Notes: a model not told the origin generated them from the letters alone. A DNA stretch of 64,000 bases from a bacterium (GCA_963674595.2 CAXXFV010000029.1:128001-192000); one strand, 5' to 3'; positions 42,534 to 52,255 are shown, numbered from the stretch's first letter. A program made the numbers and translations.

Positions 42534-42567
42534 AAAAACGGACAGTGATGATCACTGTCCGTTTTTT
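42534..42567 (+). terminator. Rho-independent (likely bidirectional) terminator
   Basis: AAAAACGGACAGTGAT-G-ATCACTGTCCGTTTTT inverted repeat. Confidence 0.85.
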
Positions 42568-42609
42568 GTTTTATAACGTTTCTGCTCTTTATTTTGGTTC
42601 AAACAAGAT

Positions 42610-44307
42610 CGAAACAACTCATTCCCGGAAAGCAGGATTCAGATAGTTTCACGGTATTCCTTTGTGCTCTTTGTGGAAAATGATAACTCACCATATTCAA
42701 AAAACTCATACTCCCCAATACTGAAACGCGGAAACCATTGTGTACATTGTGTTAAAAAATCACAATGCCCAATTAAATCCATCCAAAAGTAAAAATCCGT
42801 GTTGATTAGTTTTAACCGCCAAGAACACAAAGAATACACAAAGGACACAAAGAATTAATAATATCTATTTCATCTCAATACTAATACCGAAACACCTCAT
42901 TCCCGGAAAGCAGGATTCCAAACAGCTTTACGATATTCCTTTGTGATCTTTGTGGAAAAGGATAACTCGCCATATTTAAAAAACTCATACTCCCCAATAC
43001 TGAAACGCGGAAACCATTGTGTCCTTTGTGTTAAAAAAAATCACAATGCCCTAATTAAATCCATCCCAAAGGAGAGCATCGTGTCGATTAGTTTTAACCG
43101 CCAAAAACACAAAGAATACACAAAGAATACAAAGAATTAATAATATCTATTTCATTTCAATTCAGACACCGAAACACCTCATTCCCGGAAAGCAGGATTC
43201 AGATAGTTTCACGGTATTCCTTTGTGATCTTTGTGGAAAATGATAATTCGCCATATTCAAAAAACTCATACCCCCCAATGCTGAAACGCGGAAACCATTG
43301 TGTACATTGTGTTAAAAAATCACAATGCCCCAATTAAATTCATCTCAATGTAAAATTCCGAGTCGATTAGTTTTAACCGCCAAAAACACAAAGAATACAA
43401 AGAATTAATAATATCTATTTCATTTCAATTCAGACACCGAAACACCTCATTCCCGGAAAGCAGGATTCAGATAGTTTCACGGTATTCCTTTGTGATCTTT
43501 GTGGAAAATGATAACTCGCCATATTCAAAAAACTCATACACCCCAATACTGAAACGCGGAAAGCATTGTGTACATTGTGTTAAAAAATCACAATGCCCTA
43601 ATTAAATCCATCCAAAAGTAAAAATCCGTGTTGATTAGTTTTAACCGCCAAGAACACAAAGGATACACAAAGGGCACAAAGAATTAATAATATCTATTTC
43701 ATCTCAACACAGACACCGAAACACCTCATTCCCGGAAAGCAGGATTCAGATAGTTTCACGGTATTCCTTTGTGATCTTTGTGGAAAATGATAACTCGCCA
43801 TATTCAAAAAACTCATACTCCCCAATACTGAAACGCGGAAACCATTGTGTACATTGTGTTAAAAAATCACAATGCCCTAATTAAATCCATCCCAAAGGAG
43901 AGCATCGTGTCGATTAGTTTTAACCGCCAAAAACACAAAGAATACACAAAGAATACAAAGAATTAATAATATCTATTTCATTTCAATTCAGACACCGAAA
44001 CACCTCATTCCCGGAAAGCAGGATTCCAAACAGCTTTACGATATTCCTTTGTGATCTTTGTGGAAAATGATAACTCGCCATATTCAAAAAACTCATATTC
44101 CCCAACACGGAAACACGGAAACCATTGTGTACATTGTGTTAAAAAATCATTATGCCCCAGTTAAATTCGTCTTAATGTAAAATTCCGAGTCTATCAATTT
44201 TAACCGCCAAGAACACAAAGGATACACAAAGGGCACAAAGAATTAATAATATCTATTTCATCTCAATACTAATACCGAAACAACTCATTCCCGGCAAGAA
44301 GGAATCC
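42610..44307. repeat. Tandem array of six ~279-bp non-coding units plus the head of a seventh
   Basis: CATTCCCGG anchors at 42620, 42898, 43180, 43448, 43727, 44006, 44286 (periods 278, 282, 268, 279, 279, 280). Confidence 0.97.
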
Positions 44308-44381
44308 AGCATACGATTATTCTTTTGGTTGAAAGGTACAGCCCTAGCGTTAACCCGTCCCGGGACAGTACCACAGGATAA

Positions 44382-45449
44382 TCAGTGATAATTAATAATC
44401 TCTCCATCCTCAGAAACACGATACGGTCGCCAATTTTCCCCACCGTAATCATAAATTCTATAGCCTAATCTTTTAAAAAGACTTTTTTCCCTTGTTGTAA
44501 AATCATACATCAAAAAACCACCAGGATTAAGCCATCCAGGTAATATTGGTGAATCATAAAAAAAGAATAATTTCTCATTTCCAAGACAACGACACCAACC
44601 TATTCTATAATCAGAAAACAACTTTGTAACCTGGTCCGTTTCTACATTATACAAAAAAACATGTTCCTGATCTTTGCTGACAACAAGCTCATGGTTCGAA
44701 TACCATGTTATCGGTGTATAGTTTTTAATAATTTTATCAATTCTGTTTGTTTTTAAATTTAATAAATATATCAAGGTACAATCTTGACTTTTGTCATAGG
44801 TTCTCACAAAATAATATTTTTTATTCTTGGTAAAATGGTAATCATATGACATTGGCAGTCCAACGATGTCATTAAACTCTTTAATCTTTGATATGTATTT
44901 TTCCTCAAGATTAAGCAGCCAAAGGACATATTTATCTTCCTCTTTAACTGATGCCTTAAACAGCAATATCACCTTTTCTTCAACATTATACATTTTCCAC
45001 AACATGTCTTTTTCCAATACATTTTCATCCTTTACAAAATTTGTGTCTTCATAACTTACAGTATATTCGACATTATAATTCATGTCATACACATTAAAAT
45101 CGTGATTATGAGTACGATGAAAATTAGTAAAATGAAAATTAGATTCAAGAATATAACAACCAATGTATAAACCATAATGCCAGCCCAGTTTAAACAGGTA
45201 TTTTTTTTCTTTCAAACTATAACCAACACAGCCGTCACTTGCAACTTCATTAAAGACCAAAGTATCTTTGTTAACTAAATATGGTGTTGACACATGGCTA
45301 TTGGCTTGGTATAAAAGGACCTCTTGTTTGGTTGAAATATCCTTACTATAAATAGCTTTATCCTTTGGATGATAATACAACAAGTATTCCTGAGCGATGA
45401 CATTTGTAGCCATACAAATAACTAATAACGTATATTGAAGAAATTTCAT
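44382..45449 (-). CDS. AT-rich exported hypothetical protein, probable beta-propeller
   Basis: Signal peptide, repeated short strand motifs (IYLLNLKT, FLYNVET, LMYDFTT), AGGAG RBS. Confidence 0.7.
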   Translation of the reverse strand: MKFLQYTLLVICMATNVIAQEYLLYYHPKDKAIYSKDISTKQEVLLYQANSHVSTPYLVNKDTLVFNEVASDGCVGYSLKEKKYLFKLGWHYGLYIGCYILESNFHFTNFHRTHNHDFNVYDMNYNVEYTVSYEDTNFVKDENVLEKDMLWKMYNVEEKVILLFKASVKEEDKYVLWLLNLEEKYISKIKEFNDIVGLPMSYDYHFTKNKKYYFVRTYDKSQDCTLIYLLNLKTNRIDKIIKNYTPITWYSNHELVVSKDQEHVFLYNVETDQVTKLFSDYRIGWCRCLGNEKLFFFYDSPILPGWLNPGGFLMYDFTTREKSLFKRLGYRIYDYGGENWRPYRVSEDGEIINYH

Positions 45450-45580
45450 AAAGACTCCTGATAATCGCCATTATAAACTGCGTTTGACCATAGACCGATA
45501 AATAGTACATATAAAAAAGATAAATGACGCCATAGACTCCGGGACAAAACCGCCAGGAACAGACTTTTTCCCGAGTACTC

Positions 45581-45777
45581 TTCCTTTGTGATCTTTGTGA
45601 AAGACTATAATTCGCCATATTCAAAAAACTCATACACCCCAACACTGAATCGCGGAAACCATTGTGTCCTTTGTGTTAAAAAAAAACACAATGCCCTAAT
45701 TAAATCCATCCCAAAGTAAAATTCCGAGTCGATCAATTTTAACCGCCAAGAACACAAAGAATACACAAAGGACAAAG
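45581..45777. repeat. Orphan headless copy of the 279-bp array unit
   Basis: TTCCTTTGTGATCTTTGTG...AACCGCCAAGAACACAAAGAATACACAAAG, same orientation as the array. Confidence 0.95.
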
Positions 45778-45790
45778 TTTTCAAGCATTC

Positions 45791-45832
45791 CTCTGCGAAC
45801 CTCTGCGGTCTCTGCAACTCTGCGTTTAAAAA
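45791..45832. repeat. CTCTGCG heptamer cluster (REP-like)
   Basis: Four CTCTGC(G/A) heptamers spaced 8-10 bp ending in GTTTAAAAAA. Confidence 0.7.
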
Positions 45833-45947
45833 ATAATAAAATACAAAGGTACAACCCTCATTTCAAGTTATCCCGGGGTAGCACTACAGGATAATCATTT
45901 TTTTAATTCTAAAGCCCAGGAGTAAAAATTTTTGGACGAATTTAATT

Positions 45948-46367
45948 TTATGGCATGTCTCTAAAAATAAGTCCCTTCATTTTAACAACTTTACCATTTT
46001 TGATATATACATTCATATGCTCAACCAAACTTTTGTAAGCCACATACTTGAATATTTCATACTCAATTCCATCTTTTTTCTTATTTTTAATCTTTTTGGG
46101 CTTTATAGGAAAATTCTCCAATTCCGATTTATCTTGCCCCAAATAAATTGACAAGTTATTTGGATTATATTTTCGGTCTCCAATTTTAGGGCGCTGTAAA
46201 AAAAGAGTATCTTTAGCAGCACTAAAATTAATACCATATAATTCATTATCATGAGTATAGCCAAAACTTCTATTGAACGTACTAGTTTCATCTATTGTTA
46301 TAGATGTGTGAAGTACTGTACAGCCACTTATTAAAAATAAACAAACTATTATTATTAATACTTTCAT
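45948..46367 (-). CDS. AT-rich hypothetical lipoprotein
   Basis: MKVLIIIVCLFLISGC lipobox. Confidence 0.7.
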   Translation of the reverse strand: MKVLIIIVCLFLISGCTVLHTSITIDETSTFNRSFGYTHDNELYGINFSAAKDTLFLQRPKIGDRKYNPNNLSIYLGQDKSELENFPIKPKKIKNKKKDGIEYEIFKYVAYKSLVEHMNVYIKNGKVVKMKGLIFRDMP

Positions 46368-46595
46368 ATTATTTATTACCTTTTATTCATCATAAAAAAA
46401 TTACCACCTTTGATCAATATTATGTCTGGAATTATATGCAAGTTGCAACCAGAGGGAACCAACTACATGGCCGGCACCATGAAATGACTGCCAAAATCCT
46501 ATATTTAATTTACCCGGTAACAATTGTGTCGGCAAAAAATGTGTCCCCCAAGAGGCATTAATAACCTGGGCCGTGGCACTTTTTAATAAAACTAT

Positions 46596-48509
46596 CTACT
46601 TTTTCATATCATAAAGCATTTGCGCGGCTTCCAGTCCGCCAAAGCGGGCCAGACCTGGGATAAAGACATTTTGCAACAAATAATCCTCTGTATTCATCTC
46701 CGCCAAGTTCACCGTACCGGCCGACTTGACTTTACGGTCGCACACATCAGCCGCCAGCAGACACCAGGCAGCCGCCTGTTTTTCGCCCAAAAGTGTTACT
46801 TGCTTATAGTCTTTGGCAAAGGTAACAGCCGCTAAAATGTCCTGAATTCGTTCCTGTACATCTGATCTGTTGAACGTGTAAAAATGTTTGATACTTTCAT
46901 CACGTCCGGTCATGCCATCCGTCAAAACATGTTCCCCGACCCGGAAAACATCAATAGCCAAAACACTCTCACCAGCATCCAGCCGCTCTTTAACAGCCGC
47001 AACAGGATTCGTTCCATCCAGGGCTTTATTTTTACCATCCGGATTCACATAAATGGTTATATTATTATTGCCGGTTTGCGGTTCAAACAAAAATGCCGGG
47101 ATCCAGTTGTTCTTATCTTTTTCAGAAATCAACAGCCGCGTCAGCAAAAACGATTCACCCGCGCTTTCACCCAACACTTTAACATCACAGGACAGATTTT
47201 CATCCGCCGCAATAATATGCTTAAAGGCCGTCCCATAAATACCACTAAATTTACCTTTATCCTTTTTCATCGTTTCAAAAGCATCTTTAGAGCGCTGTTT
47301 TAAAAACCCGGTCATGTTCTCTTCGTTCATATCACCGGGCGGCTGCGTTTCACCCGGAAAGTTGAGTAAATCTTTGCCGGCATCGACCTGAAAGGGTTGT
47401 TCCTTAAAATGATCAGCATTGTCATCATCCAGCAGCCATTTGCCGAACCAGGCGTAAACAGCTTCCCGGCTGTCTTTGTTATAATTATGGGGATAATCAT
47501 ACTGAACATATTTAACCTTGTCTTCAGCATCATACAATTTGTAAATAGAACGCATCATGGGGTATTCCACAGTCGGGGTGTTTTTGGTCCAGTCCTGGGT
47601 GGTAGACACCATCAGCAAGGGTCTCGGGGCAGCCAGCGCACCGATTTCTATATTAAAGGTGTTCAGCCGCAATCCGGACACATTTTCGCACAAACAGCCG
47701 CCCTGAAAATGAGCGGACAGCATGTTGACAGGTGCGGCGACCTGAATCCGGTTATCAACCGCCGTCAGCATAAAGGTCTGGGTACCGCCGCCGGAAGCCC
47801 CGGTGCAGCCGATGCGGGTAATGTCCACATCCGGCAGGGATGATATAAAATCTACAGCGCGAAGGCTGTTCCACAATTGCAGTCCCATAAGACTGATGCC
47901 CCATAAACGGTGCATGTCCGTATCGGCAAATTTATGGGATACCTGTTTACTGTCCTGGTAACCGACCATGTCATAGGAAAAAACAACATAGCCCTGTTTG
48001 GCAAAATTGATACATCGGCCTGGTATGGAATTTTCATCTGAATTTTCCAAACGACCTTTCCAGTGCCCGTGGGGCGTAACAATGGCCGGGAACACGGATT
48101 TATCTCCGCGCGGCCGGTATAAATTTCCGGTGACAAAAAATCCGGGATAACTCTGAAAATAGACCTTTTCTATGGTATAATCCGGGTGTTCGATTTTATC
48201 ATAAACTTGCGCCTCCAGAGGCGTTCTGTCCGGCAGGGGCCATAAACCGGTGGTGATGAAAATATGTCGTTTGAGATAATTTGCCCGCTCCTGCCAGTCA
48301 CTCAATGTTTTATATTCCGGCATGTCATAGTCCATGTCCCGGCCTTTACGGATATTCTGTAATCGTGCGTCTCTCAAGGTGGTGTCCGCATCGGTATATA
48401 CACACAATTGTTCCGTCGTCAGCTTTTCAAATTGCGCCAAGTCAATCTCCTTTTTACTGCCGCATCCAAACAGCACTACAAGCGACAACAAACCTGTCAT
48501 CCACTTCAT
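46596..48509 (-). CDS. Lipoprotein alpha/beta-hydrolase (acetyl xylan esterase-like)
   Basis: Lipobox LFGC, PHGH, GASGGG nucleophile elbow, APRPLL, HNY; degenerate second hydrolase domain. Confidence 0.8.
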   Translation of the reverse strand: MKWMTGLLSLVVLFGCGSKKEIDLAQFEKLTTEQLCVYTDADTTLRDARLQNIRKGRDMDYDMPEYKTLSDWQERANYLKRHIFITTGLWPLPDRTPLEAQVYDKIEHPDYTIEKVYFQSYPGFFVTGNLYRPRGDKSVFPAIVTPHGHWKGRLENSDENSIPGRCINFAKQGYVVFSYDMVGYQDSKQVSHKFADTDMHRLWGISLMGLQLWNSLRAVDFISSLPDVDITRIGCTGASGGGTQTFMLTAVDNRIQVAAPVNMLSAHFQGGCLCENVSGLRLNTFNIEIGALAAPRPLLMVSTTQDWTKNTPTVEYPMMRSIYKLYDAEDKVKYVQYDYPHNYNKDSREAVYAWFGKWLLDDDNADHFKEQPFQVDAGKDLLNFPGETQPPGDMNEENMTGFLKQRSKDAFETMKKDKGKFSGIYGTAFKHIIAADENLSCDVKVLGESAGESFLLTRLLISEKDKNNWIPAFLFEPQTGNNNITIYVNPDGKNKALDGTNPVAAVKERLDAGESVLAIDVFRVGEHVLTDGMTGRDESIKHFYTFNRSDVQERIQDILAAVTFAKDYKQVTLLGEKQAAAWCLLAADVCDRKVKSAGTVNLAEMNTEDYLLQNVFIPGLARFGGLEAAQMLYDMKK

Positions 48510-48539
48510 TTCTCCTCCTGGTCCTTATGGAAATTTATA

Positions 48540-49871
48540 TTAAAAAATGATATTCAAAATTGCGATAACGATAATTCCTGTCACCCCCTGCACCAGCGTA
48601 GCAAGGGTATGACTTTTCAGGGCGTTTGCGGTATTTAATTTGGAAAACTGGGAAACAACCCAAAAGTAACTGTCGTTGGCATGTGAAACCGTCATGGCGC
48701 CTGCGCCGACAGCCAGAACGACCAGGGCTTTGTCGGCCATTCCAACGAATCCCATGGATGACAGTAAAGGAGCAAGCATGGCTGAGGTGGTAATAATAGC
48801 CACGGTGGATGAACCCTGTGCGGATTTGAGTGCAGCCGCGATAATAAAAGGCAAAAATATGCCCAAAGGCCATTGAGCCAAAGTTTGCCCAAGCACCGTG
48901 CCGATGTCCGAAGCTTTTAACACACTGCCGAAAGCGCCGCCGGCGCCGGTGATGAGTATAATAGAACCGGCACTTTTTAAACCGTCACTCACCCAGTTAA
49001 AAGAAACGGATTTCAATTGCTGGGGCAGTAAAAAAGCCGTCAGCACGCCAATTAATAAAGCAATAATTGGATTACCTATAAAATCAAAAAAGTTTTTAAA
49101 AAATCCCGTTCCAAAGGGTGCTGTGGGGAAATCGGCAACAGATTTTAAAGAGATTAACAAAATCGGTAAAAGTATAGGAGCAAAGGTTTTCAATGCGCCG
49201 GGTTGATAGGTATCTGCCACGGTTGAGCTGACCGGATCAGGATGTATATCGATTTTCCGGCCGATAAATTTTGCCCATAAAAGTCCGGCCAGGGCAACGG
49301 GTATGGAAACCAGCAGTCCCAATAAAATTACCAGCCCAATGTCCGCATCCAGTGCTGCGGCTGCTGCAAGGGGCCCCGGTGTGGGCGGAACAAACACATG
49401 GGTCGTGTACAAGCCGGTCCCCAGGGCAATGGTTAATATGGTTAAACTGATACCGGTGCGTCTGGCTAATGCATGGGCCAGGGACGATAAAATAACAAAT
49501 CCGGAATCACAAAAAACAGGGATGGAAACGATAAAGCCGGTAATGCTCATGGCCAGGGGCGATTTTTTCTCACCGACCATTTTCAACACCACGTCCGCCA
49601 TTTTACGGGCGCCGCCGCTTTTTTCCAGAAACGTACCGATTATAGTTCCGCAGGCAATGACAATACCGATGGACTTTAAGGTGCCGCCGAATCCGTTAAC
49701 AATCGCGTCGATAATTTCATTCAAGGGCAGGCGTGATACCAACCCCATGATAATGGCAGCAAATAAAAGTACCAGAAAAGGATGCAGGTTCACCTTTGAG
49801 GTCAGCACAATGATAAAAACCATAACAAGAACGAGAAATAAAAGACTCCACAAAACCCGGTACCTCCTCAT
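48540..49871 (-). CDS. GntP-family sugar-acid permease
   Basis: IPVFCDSGF, PPTPGP, AQGSSTVA, SHANDSYFW motifs. Confidence 0.92.
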   Translation of the reverse strand: MRRYRVLWSLLFLVLVMVFIIVLTSKVNLHPFLVLLFAAIIMGLVSRLPLNEIIDAIVNGFGGTLKSIGIVIACGTIIGTFLEKSGGARKMADVVLKMVGEKKSPLAMSITGFIVSIPVFCDSGFVILSSLAHALARRTGISLTILTIALGTGLYTTHVFVPPTPGPLAAAAALDADIGLVILLGLLVSIPVALAGLLWAKFIGRKIDIHPDPVSSTVADTYQPGALKTFAPILLPILLISLKSVADFPTAPFGTGFFKNFFDFIGNPIIALLIGVLTAFLLPQQLKSVSFNWVSDGLKSAGSIILITGAGGAFGSVLKASDIGTVLGQTLAQWPLGIFLPFIIAAALKSAQGSSTVAIITTSAMLAPLLSSMGFVGMADKALVVLAVGAGAMTVSHANDSYFWVVSQFSKLNTANALKSHTLATLVQGVTGIIVIAILNIIF

Positions 49872-49987
49872 GTTGACAGATATTTGCTAAATTGATTTCC
49901 AGTGATAATGTCGGGAATTTTTTATATAATTAAAAATATTAGTGAGTTATTTTTTATGTTATTCGGATGGATTAATTTAAAAATATA

Positions 49988-50407
49988 TCATTTCAGGTAA
50001 TCTTTAATATCATCCTTTACCAAAAGTAATATGTTTTGAATATTATGAACCAATGGTTCAATTTTTTGTGGATACAAATCTAACGCATAATTATGCGAAA
50101 AAAAATGACGAAAAGCTAAATATTCTGCCAACTGACTTTTCGTCTCTGGCAGTATAACAGCGTTTAATTCTGCAAGATTTAACAGGTCCCTGTGCCATGA
50201 TGCCGTGTCTGGAATAGGTATCATTTTATCTTTTAAAATTTGCTTTAGTATATTTTCTATTCCATTATAAAAATTATGTAAAAGGGTGGCAACGCCTGCC
50301 AATTCAAGAGTGGATAATCGATGTAAAGGGATATCGAATGGAATTTCGCTCAAAAGGTTTTCAATGTGCTCAAGTTCGACCTCAATTTTCACTTTCAAAC
50401 TAGCCAT
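49988..50407 (-). CDS. HEPN (HepT-like) ribonuclease toxin
   Basis: LHNFYNGIE, WHRDLL, RHFFSHNY (RX4H) motif; overlaps MNT gene. Confidence 0.85.
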   Translation of the reverse strand: MASLKVKIEVELEHIENLLSEIPFDIPLHRLSTLELAGVATLLHNFYNGIENILKQILKDKMIPIPDTASWHRDLLNLAELNAVILPETKSQLAEYLAFRHFFSHNYALDLYPQKIEPLVHNIQNILLLVKDDIKDYLK

Positions 50408-50669
50408 ATAATTGAAGCCCTTCGGCAAAAATAATGTCGTTCAGTTTTGTCCTTGCATTCAGGTCAACAACATCCACAGGCCTGGACAAATTTAAAATCA
50501 ATTCACCATAGAATTTAAAAAACTGAGACGCCTGCAAACCTTCAACGGCAATATCAATATCATTAGATTCGCCACTTTCATCAATACTGGAACCAAACAA
50601 TAATACCCGCGAAATACCGTATTTTTTCGCGATCTCGATAATTTTTGATTTGTCCTGGGTATTTATCAT
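50400..50669 (-). CDS. Minimal nucleotidyltransferase (MNT) antitoxin
   Basis: LFGS...DIDIAV, VDVVDL motifs, 89 aa. Confidence 0.88.
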   Translation of the reverse strand: MINTQDKSKIIEIAKKYGISRVLLFGSSIDESGESNDIDIAVEGLQASQFFKFYGELILNLSRPVDVVDLNARTKLNDIIFAEGLQLYG

Positions 50670-50742
50670 AACTCACATCCGGTTTAAAAATATTGAAAAC
50701 TGGATTTATTTTATAATATATTGATTATAAAATCATTGTTCA

Positions 50743-51339
50743 TTAATAAGTAATTGGCGGAATCGGAACACCTCTTCGAAAATAGTAGGCCCGTCCGTGA
50801 TCAAAAACCAGTTGAAAAGAGACAAGCATCACATCGGCCAGCGCCTTTTTGTCCTTGTCATAGGCATCAAGCACCAAACCGACCCGGATGGTCTTTGTTT
50901 GTCCGGGTTTGATCTCCATAGCAACCGGCATGGATTTGTCCATATCTTTAATGGCGTTTTTTAAAAGCCGGGGATCACTTTGGATGTCTGAAATTTTCGC
51001 ATCAACCAGAAACCATTTTGCTGAAATCGATTGGTCAACGACCGCTTCGCCTTTAAGTGGTATGACAAACTCGGACACATCGGACAGTTGGTCAACAGAT
51101 TCCAGGGCTATTGTTGTGGCGCCGTGATTGTCAACGGCAATTTCATAAATAGCCAAAAATCCGTTCTTGCCGGATTCCTGATCAAAAAACGGGGTTAAAA
51201 GCGAGTTGCGTTCCTGCACATCAATATGTGTCAGGGCAATTTTACGGATGATGGAGGATTGGTATAGCGTATAAACAGCAACGATTAAAGCGACGAGACT
51301 AAGAAGGAGAGCGAGATGTGATTTTATTTTTTTCATCAT
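50743..51339 (-). CDS. Hypothetical protein with N-terminal membrane anchor
   Basis: 198-aa ORF, N-terminal TM, overlaps the upstream gene end. Confidence 0.7.
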   Translation of the reverse strand: MMKKIKSHLALLLSLVALIVAVYTLYQSSIIRKIALTHIDVQERNSLLTPFFDQESGKNGFLAIYEIAVDNHGATTIALESVDQLSDVSEFVIPLKGEAVVDQSISAKWFLVDAKISDIQSDPRLLKNAIKDMDKSMPVAMEIKPGQTKTIRVGLVLDAYDKDKKALADVMLVSFQLVFDHGRAYYFRRGVPIPPITY

Positions 51340-52255
51340 AGTTTTTCTTCTTACCTTTTATTATTCCATTATTTTCAAGAATATGACGAATTTTTGCCTG
51401 CTCATCCACATCTGCAACCGGAATGGGCTTGCTTGTCCATGGTTCGCATAAATCCAGCAAACTCATGGCATATTTAATTCCACCAAGAAAAGAGTGACAT
51501 TCATAAACCCGCCAGATTTCATTGATTTGATTTTGCAATTCATAAACATCCGGCTTTTTTTGAATAATGTGCTCATACAGTCGCACACAATGTTCCGGTA
51601 TCAGATTTGAAATGCCATCCAAACCGCCGTCTGCACCGGAGAGTATGCCGGCCGTCCACATGTGCGATTTGCCGATGAAAACCATAAAATCCGGCCGCTG
51701 TTTTTTTATCTCAATCAGGTCCAGCAAAAACACAAAATCAGCGGAACTGTCTTTAATTCCGACTATATTTTCAACCTGGGCCAGCCGCGAGACGGTATCA
51801 ACACTCAGGGGCGCCTTGGTGGTAAAGGGTATATTATATAACATTAAAGGTAAGAAAGTTTCCTGAGCAATCAAATTAAAAAATTCATACAATTCCTGCT
51901 GAGATGACGGCGGAAAATAATAGGAAGGATGAACAACAACAACATCGGCGCCGGAATTTTCAACCCATTTTAACTGCTCACGTACCCGTTTTAAACTGGT
52001 TTCACTGATACCGGCATAAACAGGAATTTTGCCGCCAACCACCTCAATTGTAATTTGCAGTACCTGTTTTTTTTCATCATCCGTCAGACAAACCCCTTCC
52101 CCTGTTGTGCTGTTTACAAAAACACCGTTTACTTTTGCCTTTAACAAATGCTGCAATATTTTTACAAGCGACTTTTCGTCAATTTTCTCAGATGATGTTA
52201 AAGGTGTAACAACCGGAACAACAATTCCCCGAAACGACTGCCGTCTTTTTCTCAA
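51299..52255 (-). CDS. DapA/NAL-family aldolase or dehydratase
   Basis: VVTPL, STTGE, LYNIP, GIKDSS Schiff-base Lys; TTG start after GGAGG RBS. Confidence 0.9.
   Translation of the reverse strand: MRKRRQSFRGIVVPVVTPLTSSEKIDEKSLVKILQHLLKAKVNGVFVNSTTGEGVCLTDDEKKQVLQITIEVVGGKIPVYAGISETSLKRVREQLKWVENSGADVVVVHPSYYFPPSSQQELYEFFNLIAQETFLPLMLYNIPFTTKAPLSVDTVSRLAQVENIVGIKDSSADFVFLLDLIEIKKQRPDFMVFIGKSHMWTAGILSGADGGLDGISNLIPEHCVRLYEHIIQKKPDVYELQNQINEIWRVYECHSFLGGIKYAMSLLDLCEPWTSKPIPVADVDEQAKIRHILENNGIIKGKKKNYDEKNKITSRSPS

Noticed and set aside
42639-43140. Short ORFs inside the repeat units (also 45605-45817 and 45358-45645)
   Set aside because: Frames are broken by indels and stops in other copies; no RBS
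42610-44307. CRISPR array interpretation
   Set aside because: Period is ~279 bp, inter-head sequence is conserved rather than unique spacers, and no cas genes are in the window
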